64,000 nucleotides of DNA from Eubacteriales bacterium (GCA_050874385.1 JBNMKO010000003.1:5133-69132); one strand, 5' to 3'; positions 1-8,914 are shown, counted from the stretch's first letter. Notes: generated by a model from the letters alone, not told the origin. A program made the numbers and translations.

Positions 1-1271
1 TGATTAGAAAGGGACTTGCGTACCCTTGCTTTTGTACGGAGGAGGAGCTCAACCAGATTAAGGACGAGCAGATGAAGCATGACATTTTGACAGGTTATCA
101 TACCAAGTGGGCTAAATGCCGCTGCCTCACATGCGAGCAGGTTGAGGAGAATATAAAGGCGGGCAAGCCTTTTGTCATGAGACTTCGTTCACAGGGCGTT
201 GAGGGACGCGAGGTTACATTTAAGGATACAATAAAGGGCGAGATTTCATTCCCTGAGAATATTCAGGATGTAATTATTTTGAAGTCCGACGGAATACCTA
301 CCTACCATTTTGCACATGCGATTGACGACCATCTTATGGGAACAACGCTTGTAATCCGCGGTGAGGAGTGGCTTTCAAGTGTTCCTACACATATCGAGCT
401 TTTCAACGTGCTTGGATTTAAGAGACCTGACTATGCGCATACAGCTCATCTTATGAAGATGGAGCAGCTCGAGGATGGCACAATGAGTAAGAGAAAGCTT
501 TCTAAGAGAAAAGACCCTGAGCTTTCACTTGATTTCTACCGTCAGGACGGATATCATCCTCACTGTGTAAAAGTATATCTTATGACACTTCTCAACTCCA
601 ACTTTGAGGAGTGGTATGACAAGCATCCTGACTCACCGATTGAGGATTTCAAGTTCGATGTGCGCAAGATGGCACAGTCGGGAGCACTTTTTGATATGGA
701 TAAGCTCCACAACATCTGCCGCAACGAGTTTGCAAAGATGGACACAGACGCAATCTATGATTTCCTCTATGAGTGGAACAAGGAATACAACAAGGACATG
801 GTTGACGTTTACTTTAAGTCGCCTGAGTACTTTAAGAAAGCTCTTGAGCTGTTCATGGGTGTTGGTCAGAAGAGAAGACGTAAGGATTTTGAGTACGCAA
901 AGCAGATTATGCCGATGTTCTCGTTCTTCTTTGATGAGACATTTGTACCAAACTATGAGTTCAAATACGACAACGCACAGGTTCGCGAAATTCTTGAGAA
1001 GTATCTTGCTTCCTATGACCACAGCGCGGACAATAACGGATGGTTTAACAATGTGAAGGCTATCGCTGACGAGTGCGGTTTTGCATCTGATATGAAGGCG
1101 TACAAGGCTAATCCTGAGAATTTCAAGGGAAGTGTATCGGATATAGCCGAGGTGCTTCGTATAACCATCACGGGTGCATCAAATTCACCTGATTTATGGA
1201 CAATTCTTCACATCATGGGAGAGGATAAGATGCGCGAGCGTATCAACAATATGCTTGAGAAGCTTAACTAA
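1..1271 (+). CDS. gltX: glutamate--tRNA ligase, 3-prime portion (5-prime end lies outside the window; frame open from nt 3)
   Basis: Frame 3 is open from nt 3 (IRKGLAYPCFCTEEEL...). It has a DGIPTYHFAHAIDDHLM block and a KMSKS-type loop (KLSKRK) typical of class I GluRS. Stop at 1269-1271. Confidence 0.9.
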   Translation, partial: IRKGLAYPCFCTEEELNQIKDEQMKHDILTGYHTKWAKCRCLTCEQVEENIKAGKPFVMRLRSQGVEGREVTFKDTIKGEISFPENIQDVIILKSDGIPTYHFAHAIDDHLMGTTLVIRGEEWLSSVPTHIELFNVLGFKRPDYAHTAHLMKMEQLEDGTMSKRKLSKRKDPELSLDFYRQDGYHPHCVKVYLMTLLNSNFEEWYDKHPDSPIEDFKFDVRKMAQSGALFDMDKLHNICRNEFAKMDTDAIYDFLYEWNKEYNKDMVDVYFKSPEYFKKALELFMGVGQKRRRKDFEYAKQIMPMFSFFFDETFVPNYEFKYDNAQVREILEKYLASYDHSADNNGWFNNVKAIADECGFASDMKAYKANPENFKGSVSDIAEVLRITITGASNSPDLWTILHIMGEDKMRERINNMLEKLN

Positions 1272-1273
1272 TT

Positions 1274-2461
1274 ATGAGTAATAATTTAAAAGCACAAAAG
1301 GGGATATATATACATATCCCTTTTTGCATTTCAAAATGTATATACTGTGATTTCTGTTCTGCCCCGGCGGACGACTACACTAAGGAGCGCTATGTCGATG
1401 CGCTGTGCCGTGAGATAGCGGCGGCTGGTGATGAAAAAATAAAAATTTCCACAATATTTTTCGGAGGTGGAACACCATCTATTTTGCCGCCGCATTTGTT
1501 TGTGAAGATAATGAGCGCGGTGAAGGAGAATTTTAATGTCTCGGAGGATGCAGAGATTACCGTTGAGTGCAATCCGGGAACATTGACAGAGGAGAAGCTG
1601 AGAACCTACCGAGATATGGGCGTGAACAGGCTGAGTATAGGCTTGCAGTCGCCGGACAATGATGAGATTAGGGCGCTTGGGAGAATACACACATATGAGC
1701 AGTTTGAGGAGTCGTATTTTGCGGCGAGGAGCGAGGGATTTGACAACATAAATATTGATATCATGTCTGCGATACCATATCAGACAGTGAGTGGGTATGA
1801 GAAAAATCTTAAAAAGATAATTGAGCTTAATCCGGAGCATATTTCGGCGTACAGTCTGATTGTGGAGGAGGGAACTCCTCTGTATGACATGGTGGAACGC
1901 ACGGACGGAAAAATTCTTCCCTCCGAGGACGAGGACAGGCAGATGTATGCGCTGACGAAAAAGCTTTTGGGGGATGCAGGCTATTCAAGATATGAGATTT
2001 CCAACTATGCCAAGCCGGGATATGAATGTCGCCACAATATTTCCTATTGGAGACGGGGGGATTACCTTGGCTTTGGGGTGGCAGCGGCATCGCTTGTAAG
2101 ATTAGGGGAAAATTTTGACAATGCGGATAAGAATGCAAATACTGTTTTGCAGAAAAGATTTACAAACACTTTTGATATATCCGATTATATGAAAAATCCG
2201 ATTGGCAACCGCAGCGAGGAACAGATTTTGACAGTGAATGACGAGATGGAGGAGTTTATGTTTCTCGGTCTTCGAATGATGGATGGCATTGATGAGACAG
2301 AGTTTGAGGCGGAATTTGGCAGAAGTTTTGATGAGGTGTATGGTGGCATTGCAGAAAGACAGCTCAAGCAGGGACTTATAGAGCGCGAGGCGGGCAGGAT
2401 AAAGCTTACAGATATTGGAATTGACGTGAGCAATACTGTTATGGCAGAATATATGCTGTGA
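1274..2461 (+). CDS. hemW: radical SAM family heme chaperone HemW / oxygen-independent coproporphyrinogen III oxidase-like protein
   Basis: 395 aa. N-terminal radical SAM cluster motif CISKCIYCDFC, GGGTPS block and a HemN-type C-terminal domain. Starts 3 nt after the gltX stop. Confidence 0.85.
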   Translation: MSNNLKAQKGIYIHIPFCISKCIYCDFCSAPADDYTKERYVDALCREIAAAGDEKIKISTIFFGGGTPSILPPHLFVKIMSAVKENFNVSEDAEITVECNPGTLTEEKLRTYRDMGVNRLSIGLQSPDNDEIRALGRIHTYEQFEESYFAARSEGFDNINIDIMSAIPYQTVSGYEKNLKKIIELNPEHISAYSLIVEEGTPLYDMVERTDGKILPSEDEDRQMYALTKKLLGDAGYSRYEISNYAKPGYECRHNISYWRRGDYLGFGVAAASLVRLGENFDNADKNANTVLQKRFTNTFDISDYMKNPIGNRSEEQILTVNDEMEEFMFLGLRMMDGIDETEFEAEFGRSFDEVYGGIAERQLKQGLIEREAGRIKLTDIGIDVSNTVMAEYML

Positions 2462-2695
2462 TACGGATATAAAAATTAGGAGCTTGAAATACTGTACAGC
2501 ATGTGTATAATATATAAGAACATTTCAAAATATTCTTATGATTTAGATTAGTGTGAAAACATGCCTGTATTATAATTTCGTATTAATTCAGCTACGCCGG
2601 ATTAATTAGAAAATATGCAAAATACAGTGCTTTTCATTACTATTTGTGTCGTTGGACTGCATAGGGATTAGTATTAAGTTAAGATGGGGATTGAT

Positions 2696-3268
2696 ATGAA
2701 AAATATGAAAAAAAAGCGTTTTAGATATATATTATTGTCAGCCATGTGCATATTTGCACTTGCAGGCTGTTCTAAGAAAGTTGATGCGCCTGCTGAGAGC
2801 ACAGAGCCGCCGACAGCGGAAGTTGAGGTAAAGAGTGCAACTACCATTGAGGATGGAGTTTTGTTTGTGGGGATATCAACAAGCCCGTATATAACGGAGG
2901 ATGAAGATGGCAAAGTTGAGGGCTTTGAGATTGACCTTGCAAAGGCGATTGGAGAGCTTACATTTCTTGATGTTAAGTTTGTAAAAATGAAGTATAACAG
3001 TATATATGCGGAGCTTGACACGAGCAATTTTGACTGTGTTATGAGTGGCGTGCAGATATCGGACGCGGTTGACAAGGTATATGATTTCTCGGTGCCGTAC
3101 TATACTGATGATGCAGGTCATGATATAGGTGCTGTTGTAAAATCAGGAAACAATAAGCTTTTAAATGTCCTCAATAAGTCCATAGCAATTCTTAAAAGCA
3201 ACGGAAAGATGGATGAATTGTATGACAAGTGGTTTCCGGTTGATGAGACATCGCAGGCGAACAATTAG
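2696..3268 (+). CDS. short lipoprotein related to family-3 solute-binding proteins (amino-acid ABC SBP-like), apparently missing one lobe
   Basis: Signal peptide plus lipobox (FALAGC). SBP_bac_3-like blocks (GFEIDLAKAIG, FDCVMSG, SVPYY, C-terminal DELYDKWF). Only about 190 aa. Alternative ATG starts at 2684 and 2705. Confidence 0.6.
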   Translation: MKNMKKKRFRYILLSAMCIFALAGCSKKVDAPAESTEPPTAEVEVKSATTIEDGVLFVGISTSPYITEDEDGKVEGFEIDLAKAIGELTFLDVKFVKMKYNSIYAELDTSNFDCVMSGVQISDAVDKVYDFSVPYYTDDAGHDIGAVVKSGNNKLLNVLNKSIAILKSNGKMDELYDKWFPVDETSQANN

Positions 3269-3280
3269 AATAAAAAATAC

Positions 3281-3309
3281 TTGCATTTGAGGCTGAATAG
3301 TGGTATATT
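3281..3309 (+). promoter_or_regulatory. sigma-70-type promoter for the preQ1 leader and queT
   Basis: -35 TTGCAT (3281-3286), 17-nt spacer, extended -10 TGgTATATT (3301-3309). Confidence 0.6.
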
Positions 3310-3380
3310 AAGCAAGCTTTGTAAAACAACGGACTTTGTTAAAATGGTGTGTTGTGGCGCAAGGCTTGCAATTATATATC

Positions 3381-3422
3381 CGAGTGTTCGTAACCATCCA
3401 CTCGTAAAACAAAACTAAGGAG
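3381..3422 (+). promoter_or_regulatory. preQ1-I riboswitch (translation-controlling type)
   Basis: 5-6 bp stem CGAGTG/CACTCG enclosing a 12-nt loop TTCGTAACCATC, followed by the A-rich tail GTAAAACAAAACTAAGGAG. This closely matches the preQ1-I consensus (stem-UUC..loop-stem-AAAAAACUAAGG). The tail contains the SD of the queT-like gene that starts at 3431. Confidence 0.85.
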
Positions 3423-3430
3423 ACTAAAAA

Positions 3431-3916
3431 ATGAACAAGAAAGTATTATTTATCACTCAGGCAGCGGTAATAGCAGCACTCTATGTTGTGCTTACGGCAT
3501 TGGCATCGGCACTTGGTTTGTCAAGTATGGCTATTCAGGTAAGATTTTCGGAGGCGCTAACCATACTGCCTTATTTTATTCCTTCCGCAATTCCGGGAGT
3601 AACGATTGGCTGTTTTTTGGCTAATATACTCACAGGAGGAGCAGTGCTTGATATTGTGTTTGGAACATTAGCGACGCTTATCGGCGGTGTGGGTTCATAT
3701 CTTTTGAGAAAGCACAAGTGGCTCGTTCCGCTTCCACCAATCATCGCCAACGTAATCATCGTTCCTTGGGTACTTAAGACGGCATATGGTTTCCCAGATG
3801 CTTACTGGTATCTCATGATTACTGTCGGTATCGGTGAGGTTATCTCATGTTATATATTAGGAATGATTTTGCTGTTCGCACTTGATAAAAATAAGAAAGC
3901 AATATTCCGCCAGTAA
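3431..3916 (+). CDS. queT: queuosine precursor transporter QueT (ECF-type S component)
   Basis: 161-aa polytopic membrane protein with QueT-like sequence, directly downstream of a preQ1-I riboswitch. Confidence 0.8.
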   Translation: MNKKVLFITQAAVIAALYVVLTALASALGLSSMAIQVRFSEALTILPYFIPSAIPGVTIGCFLANILTGGAVLDIVFGTLATLIGGVGSYLLRKHKWLVPLPPIIANVIIVPWVLKTAYGFPDAYWYLMITVGIGEVISCYILGMILLFALDKNKKAIFRQ

Positions 3917-3934
3917 TGCTATGTCACTTTGCAT

Positions 3935-3983
3935 TGCCACTGGGGGACAGCTCTTGTGGCATCAAGAACTGTCCACAATGGTT
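3935..3983 (+). repeat. REP-like intergenic repeat, copy 1 (TGCCACTGGG..hairpin..GTCC.C.ATGGTT)
   Basis: Shares TGCCACTGGG and CAAGAACyGTCCnCnATGGTT with the copy at 4077-4125. Contains internal hairpin GGACAGCTCTTG/CAAGAACTGTCC. Confidence 0.7.
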
Positions 3984-4000
3984 AACACAGTGGTTCAAAT

Positions 4001-4058
4001 AAAATCCCGGTTTCAATACATGGCTTGAAAGCTGCGTGTATAAAAACGGGATTTTTTT
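4001..4058 (+). terminator. probable intrinsic terminator of queT (branched hairpin plus T-run)
   Basis: AAATCCCG (4002-4009) pairs with CGGGATTT (4047-4054), followed by TTTTTTT. Inner hairpin TTTCAA/TTGAAA. The loop is large, so confidence is moderate. Confidence 0.45.
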
Positions 4059-4076
4059 GTTTGCAATTTTGATTAG

Positions 4077-4125
4077 TGCCACTGGGTATGGTTCTTAATA
4101 TCACCAAGAACCGTCCTCTATGGTT
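4077..4125 (+). repeat. REP-like intergenic repeat, copy 2
   Basis: Direct repeat of 3935-3983, 142 bp downstream of it (start to start). Internal hairpin GGTTCTT/AAGAACC. Abuts the stop codon of the convergent GNAT gene. Confidence 0.7.
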
Positions 4126-4128
4126 GGC

Positions 4129-4737
4129 TCACAGTTCTAGTTCTGGAAAAGGTATAACCGCAGGCATATTTTCCACATGCTCTCCGATAGTCTTTTCCAT
4201 GTAAATCATGTCATACCAGCGGTTGAATTTGTAGCCGCATTTGTGGAGGTGGGCGCAGGTCGTAAAGCCCATGTGTTCGTGGAAATGCACGCTTGCCTGT
4301 GTGAGATATTCATCCTCAACTTCCGTGTAGGCAACGCAGGAATACAGATTTAATATGTTCTGCTTTTTCAAAATATTTTCCATAATTCCGTACAGTTCGC
4401 GACCTATTCCCATTCCGTGGCATTCGTTTGACAGGTATATCGACAGCTCTGCGCACCATGAGTATGCGGCGCGCGGGTGAAAGGCATGTGCGTAGGCGTA
4501 GCCGCTTATTTTGCCGTCGATTAGGACGACTATGTAAGGAAATTTTGTGAGTACATCCTCTATGCGTGATGCAAATTCAGCGACACTTGGAACGTCGTAT
4601 TCGTAGGTTATTGCAGTGTTTTTTACATATGGCTCGTACACCTTTAAAAGCTCGGCGGCATCGTCGGTTGTAGCCAGTCTGTAGGTTACATTTGGGATTG
4701 TTGAAGTAAAAAGTGAATTAGTCTTGTTTGTGTCCAT
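4129..4737 (-). CDS. GNAT family N-acetyltransferase (phosphinothricin/methionine-sulfoximine acetyltransferase-like)
   Basis: 202 aa. Acetyl-CoA binding block (HGMGIGRELY) and overall PAT-like pattern (YEYDVPSVAEF, GYAYAHAFHPRAAY, KCGYKFNRWYDM). Confidence 0.8.
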   Translation of the reverse strand: MDTNKTNSLFTSTIPNVTYRLATTDDAAELLKVYEPYVKNTAITYEYDVPSVAEFASRIEDVLTKFPYIVVLIDGKISGYAYAHAFHPRAAYSWCAELSIYLSNECHGMGIGRELYGIMENILKKQNILNLYSCVAYTEVEDEYLTQASVHFHEHMGFTTCAHLHKCGYKFNRWYDMIYMEKTIGEHVENMPAVIPFPELEL

Positions 4738-4932
4738 GGTGGTTCCACCCTTCTTCCTCTAAAATATGATAAAATTTATTGAATTATAGCACCATGTATG
4801 TAGGTTGTAAATTGCAAAACAGTCAAAAAAGTGGTTATAAATCGTTGGCGAAAATTATGTAGCTTATTATTAGGATGAAAGCCGCCATTTTTTTGACTTG
4901 TATTTAAGCAGATAGTTAAAACTAACTTTTCC

Positions 4933-4962
4933 TTGCGAATATCCATGTTTTGGATGTATAAT
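4933..4962 (+). promoter_or_regulatory. candidate sigma-70 promoter for araA
   Basis: -35 TTGCGA (4933-4938), 18-nt spacer, -10 TATAAT (4957-4962). About 65 nt upstream of the araA ATG. Confidence 0.5.
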
Positions 4963-5025
4963 ATATGCATTCGGAATGTAGCAAAATTGTTTCGGAAAAA
5001 TGTATTGGAAAACAGGAGGACTTAC

Positions 5026-6522
5026 ATGTTACAAAGCAAGAATTATCATTTTTGGTTCTGCACAGGTTCACAGGATTTATATGGCGATGAGTGCCTTAAA
5101 AAGGTTGCGGAGCACTCGGCAAAGATTGTTGAGGGACTTAATGCGTCGGGAATACTTCCTTATGAGGTTGTTTTAAAGCCGACACTTATCAGTCAGGCTT
5201 CAATCAGAAAGACCTTAAATGATGCTAACAATGATGAGTTATGTGCGGGTGTTATCACATGGATGCACACATTTTCACCTGCAAAGATGTGGATTATCGG
5301 ACTTCAGGAGTACAAGAAGCCTCTTTGCCATCTTCATACTCAGTTTAATGAGGAAATTCCTTACGACACAATCGACATGGATTTCATGAACGAGAACCAG
5401 TCAGCTCATGGTGACAGAGAGTACGGTCATATTGTCAGCAGAATGGGAATAGAGAGAAAGATTATAGTTGGACACTGGGCTAACCCAAGTGTGATTGGTC
5501 AGCTCGCTTCATGGATGAGAACAGCAGTGGGCGTTATGGAGTCAAGCCATATCAGAGTATGTCGTCTTGGTGACAACATGAACAATGTTGCTGTCACAGA
5601 GGGCGATAAGGTCGAGGCACAGGTTAAGTTTGGCTGGGAGATTGACCACTACAACGTAAATGACGCTGTTGAGTATGTGGACGCTGTGGCAAAGGGTGAT
5701 GTGGACGCACTTGTCGATGAGTACTATTCAAAGTACAAGATACTTTTAGAGGGAAGAGATGCTGACGATTTTAGACAGAAAGTTGCTGTCCAGGCACAGA
5801 TAGAGCTTGGACTTGAAAAGTTCCTCACAGACGGAGATTATCATGCGGTTGTCACACATTTTGGAATGCTTGGCGGCTTAAAGCAGCTTCCGGGACTTGC
5901 TATACAGCGTCTTATGGAGAAGGGCTACGGCTTTGGCGCAGAGGGCGATTGGAAGACGGCAGCCATGGTAAGACTTATGAAGATAATGACACAGGGCGTA
6001 AAAGATGCAAAGGGAACTTCATTCCTTGAGGACTATACATATAATCTCGTTCCGGGCAAGGAGGGAATACTTGAGGCGCACATGCTCGAGGTATGTCCTA
6101 CAATCGCAGAGGGCGATATCTCAATTAAGGTTCAGCCGCTTACGATGGGAAATCGTGAGGACCCGGCAAGACTTGTATTCACATCAAAGGAGGGTGCTGG
6201 TATTGCAACATCTTTGGTTGACCTCGGCAATCGTTTCAGACTTATAATCAACGCTGTCGACTGCAAGCATGTCGAGAAGCCTATGCCAAAGCTTCCTGTT
6301 GCCACAAATTTCTGGACACCACAGCCAAGCCTTGAGGTTGGCGCAGCCGCATGGATTATGGCAGGCGGAGCACATCACACCGCATTCAGCTACGACCTCA
6401 GCGTTACACAGATGGTTGACTGGGCTGACGCTATGGGAATTGAGAGCGTTGTGATTGACAATAATACAAACCTTCGCGACTTCAAGAACGAGCTTAGATG
6501 GAACTCTATGTATTTTAGGTAA
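5026..6522 (+). CDS. araA: L-arabinose isomerase
   Basis: 498 aa from the ATG at 5026, preceded by AGGAGGA. The N-terminus MLQSKNYHFWFCTGSQDLYG and overall length are typical of AraA. The listed ORF start at 4933 lies inside the promoter region and is unlikely to be used. Confidence 0.92.
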   Translation: MLQSKNYHFWFCTGSQDLYGDECLKKVAEHSAKIVEGLNASGILPYEVVLKPTLISQASIRKTLNDANNDELCAGVITWMHTFSPAKMWIIGLQEYKKPLCHLHTQFNEEIPYDTIDMDFMNENQSAHGDREYGHIVSRMGIERKIIVGHWANPSVIGQLASWMRTAVGVMESSHIRVCRLGDNMNNVAVTEGDKVEAQVKFGWEIDHYNVNDAVEYVDAVAKGDVDALVDEYYSKYKILLEGRDADDFRQKVAVQAQIELGLEKFLTDGDYHAVVTHFGMLGGLKQLPGLAIQRLMEKGYGFGAEGDWKTAAMVRLMKIMTQGVKDAKGTSFLEDYTYNLVPGKEGILEAHMLEVCPTIAEGDISIKVQPLTMGNREDPARLVFTSKEGAGIATSLVDLGNRFRLIINAVDCKHVEKPMPKLPVATNFWTPQPSLEVGAAAWIMAGGAHHTAFSYDLSVTQMVDWADAMGIESVVIDNNTNLRDFKNELRWNSMYFR

Positions 6523-6622
6523 ATCGGGACATGTTATGTATGAATAGATAATATATTAGATAAATTGGATTCTTTTATTAATAGTTATTATTGATTTGTG
6601 ACATAATCGAGAGAATATAAAA

Positions 6623-6674
6623 AGACTTATGACAGTTTGGATGCAGATATTGCCGCTGTCATGGGTCTTTTTTA
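6623..6674 (+). terminator. intrinsic terminator after araA
   Basis: AGACTTATGACAG (6623-6635) pairs with CTGTCATGGGTCT (6656-6668) with 2 mismatches, followed by TTTTTT. Confidence 0.6.
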
Positions 6675-6747
6675 TTGACTTGTTGTGGGCATTATTTTTA
6701 AAAAGACGTGATTATGCCCGGAAAATATGATAATATGGTCAATGTGC

Positions 6748-6782
6748 TGGTATAAAAATAAGAAAACTATTGAATATACCCA
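6748..6782. promoter_or_regulatory. degenerate dyad TGGTATA-N20-TATACCCA (same family as the 24.5-kb repeat)
   Basis: Inverted arms at 6748-6754 and 6775-6782. One base is missing relative to the TGGGTATA arm. Confidence 0.45.
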
Positions 6783-6817
6783 AAATGTTTTAAAATGATA
6801 AGTGATAATTTGAAAAT

Positions 6818-6852
6818 TGGGTAGAGGATATATTTAACATAAAAAATACCCA
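6818..6852. promoter_or_regulatory. dyad TGGGTA-N23-TACCCA just upstream of a candidate promoter for the response-regulator operon
   Basis: Arms at 6818-6823 and 6847-6852. Candidate promoter TTGACG (6868-6873), 17 nt, TATAGA (6891-6896) follows 16 bp downstream. Confidence 0.45.
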
Positions 6853-6970
6853 TTTGCAGTCATTGTATTGACGAGAGTAGAAAATTAGAGTATAGAAAGA
6901 AAAATATAGAAATAAAACATAAAGAGAAAAATATAAAAACAAATTATATAAAAGTAAAAAGGAAAAATGT

Positions 6971-7642
6971 ATGGCAAGAATATTATTGGTTGAGGATGAT
7001 GAGACGATAGTGAGGACATTGCGGGATTTTCTTCACACGGAAGGGTTTGAGGTGGACAGCACTGACGGGCAGAAAAAGGCACTTGAAATGCTTGACAAGT
7101 CAGATTATGATATTGCACTTTTGGACGTGTCGCTGGGCGAGGGGAATGGATTTTCGCTGTGTTCGGCAATCAAGAAAAGCAAGCAGCTTCCGGTTATTTT
7201 TTTGACGGCATCGGGGGATGAGTTCAGTGTTGTCACGGGACTTGACCTCGGAGCGGATGATTATATTGCAAAGCCGTTCAGACCGAGGGAGCTTGTGTCG
7301 AGAATTAACAGTGTGCTGAGAAGATGCGGAAAGAGCCAGAAGCTTTTTGATATAGGAAATATAAGGGTCGACCTCGACAAGGGTGTGGTGTACAAAAATG
7401 GACAGGATTTGTATTTGTCGGCACTTGAGTACAGGCTTTTGCTCGCGTTTATCAACAGTGAGGGCAGGCTTTTGACAAGAAGCAGACTTTTGGAGGAGAT
7501 ATGGGATGTGGCAGGCGACTTTGTGAATGACAACACGCTGACAGTGTACATAAAAAGACTGCGTGATAAGATTGAGGACAATCCGGCAGAGCCGAAAATT
7601 ATTATGACGGTGAGGGGCGTAGGATATAAGCTTGGGAAATAG
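6971..7642 (+). CDS. OmpR/PhoB-family response regulator (BceR-like)
   Basis: 223 aa. Receiver domain (ILLVEDDE, DIALLDVSLGEGNG, KPF) plus winged-helix trans_reg_C (TVRGVGYKL). Confidence 0.9.
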   Translation: MARILLVEDDETIVRTLRDFLHTEGFEVDSTDGQKKALEMLDKSDYDIALLDVSLGEGNGFSLCSAIKKSKQLPVIFLTASGDEFSVVTGLDLGADDYIAKPFRPRELVSRINSVLRRCGKSQKLFDIGNIRVDLDKGVVYKNGQDLYLSALEYRLLLAFINSEGRLLTRSRLLEEIWDVAGDFVNDNTLTVYIKRLRDKIEDNPAEPKIIMTVRGVGYKLGK

Positions 7643-7777
7643 TGAAAGGATAAGTACAAGGAATTATATGTATCAATTATGAAATGCGCGAGGGCGATAT
7701 TTATTGAAGATAAAATTTTATAAGTAGAAATATTAAAAAGAAAAATAATTTGTGGTAAATTGACAGAGGGGATTAGT

Positions 7778-8785
7778 GTGTTAAAAAATAGAGAGATAAA
7801 AAGATACATTATTTTTGCGTTGGTTATAACAGTTATCGTCTGCTCGGCGGCATATTTTTTTGATATACCATCTGTGGTGGCGGTGGTAGTTGAAGGGGCT
7901 TTTTTGATATGTTTTTGGTGGTTTGACATGTTGGGGCGCTACAGGCATATGGAAGATATGGCGCATGAAATAGACCTTATTCTTCATGGAAATGAGAAGA
8001 GCATGCTGTCAGAGTATGAGGAGGGGGATATAAGCATACTTAGAAATGAGATTGCAAAGATGACGGTTATGCTCAGGCAGCAGGCGGAGCAGCTTGGCGA
8101 TGAGAAGCGCAAGCTTGCCGACTCACTTGCGGATATCTCGCACCAGATAAGAACGCCGCTTACATCGCTCAATCTTATGCTTGAGGCGTTAAAAAATGAG
8201 AAGGATGAGGAACAGCGACACAGGCTTATATTTGACATGAGACGGCAGCTTGAGCGCATTGACGGGCTTGTGGTGTCACTTTTAAAGCTTGCCAAGATGG
8301 ACGCGGGAACAATAAAACTTCAAAAAGCGCAGGTGCAGCTTCTTGAGCTTGTGCGCGCATCCTTGCAACCGCTTGAGATTATGCTTGAGTTAAAGGGAAT
8401 AGAGACAAAGCTTGATGTGAGTGGAACATACATAGGCGATATGGAATGGAGCCGTGAGGCAGTCACAAATATTTTGAAAAACTGTATGGAGCACACCGAC
8501 GAGGGCGGCAAGATAAGCATAACAGGCTATGAGAATGCGGTGCACACGGAGCTTGTGATAGAGGACACGGGGAGCGGCATGGCAGCGGACGACCTTCCGC
8601 ATATATTTGAGCGTTTTTATAAGGGACAGAACAGCAAAAGTGACAGCTACGGCATAGGGCTTGCGCTCGCGCGTTCAATAATTGCCGGGCAGAACGGAAC
8701 TGTCAAGGCGGAGAATATTTTAAATGCCGATGGAAATGTGTGCGGGGCGAGATTTATTATAAGATTTTATAAAGGAATAGTGTGA
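7778..8785 (+). CDS. sensor histidine kinase, intramembrane-sensing type (BceS-like)
   Basis: Two N-terminal TM helices joined by a loop of about 4 residues. HisKA H-box SHQIRTPLTS. HATPase blocks (NILKNCMEHT, DTGSGM, GIGLALA). GTG at 7778 follows GAGGGG. The ORF is open from TTG 7760. Confidence 0.85.
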   Translation: MLKNREIKRYIIFALVITVIVCSAAYFFDIPSVVAVVVEGAFLICFWWFDMLGRYRHMEDMAHEIDLILHGNEKSMLSEYEEGDISILRNEIAKMTVMLRQQAEQLGDEKRKLADSLADISHQIRTPLTSLNLMLEALKNEKDEEQRHRLIFDMRRQLERIDGLVVSLLKLAKMDAGTIKLQKAQVQLLELVRASLQPLEIMLELKGIETKLDVSGTYIGDMEWSREAVTNILKNCMEHTDEGGKISITGYENAVHTELVIEDTGSGMAADDLPHIFERFYKGQNSKSDSYGIGLALARSIIAGQNGTVKAENILNADGNVCGARFIIRFYKGIV

Positions 8786-8797
8786 AAAGAATAATTG

Positions 8798-8849
8798 CAG
8801 CTTTGTGACAGATTTGTAATAATACAGTCACGAAGCTGTAATTTTGTTT
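8798..8849 (+). terminator. intrinsic terminator after the histidine kinase gene
   Basis: 12-bp stem CAGCTTTGTGAC (8798-8809) / GTCACGAAGCTG (8827-8838), then TAATTTTGTTT. Confidence 0.6.
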
Positions 8850-8914
8850 ATGTATATTATAATTATTCAAAGCCAAGAAAAATAGTCAAGTATTGTTGGA
8901 ATAAGGAGCAAGTT

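Noticed and set aside
4933-5025. N-terminal 31-codon extension of araA given in the ORF track.
   Set aside because: The extension overlaps the predicted promoter, has no RBS and is absent from typical AraA proteins. The ATG at 5026 has AGGAGGA upstream.
6885-7169. 94-aa minus-strand ORF spanning the purine-rich leader and the start of the response-regulator gene.
   Set aside because: Half of it is translated poly-T/A leader (FYFYIICFYIFLFMFYFYIF), and it overlaps the RR start. It is a compositional artefact.
7261-7929. 222-aa ORF on the minus strand overlapping the response-regulator and kinase genes.
   Set aside because: It is antisense to two ORFs with unmistakable receiver, winged-helix and HisKA signatures. 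Its composition is low complexity (S/L/I/F-rich) and no RBS is evident.
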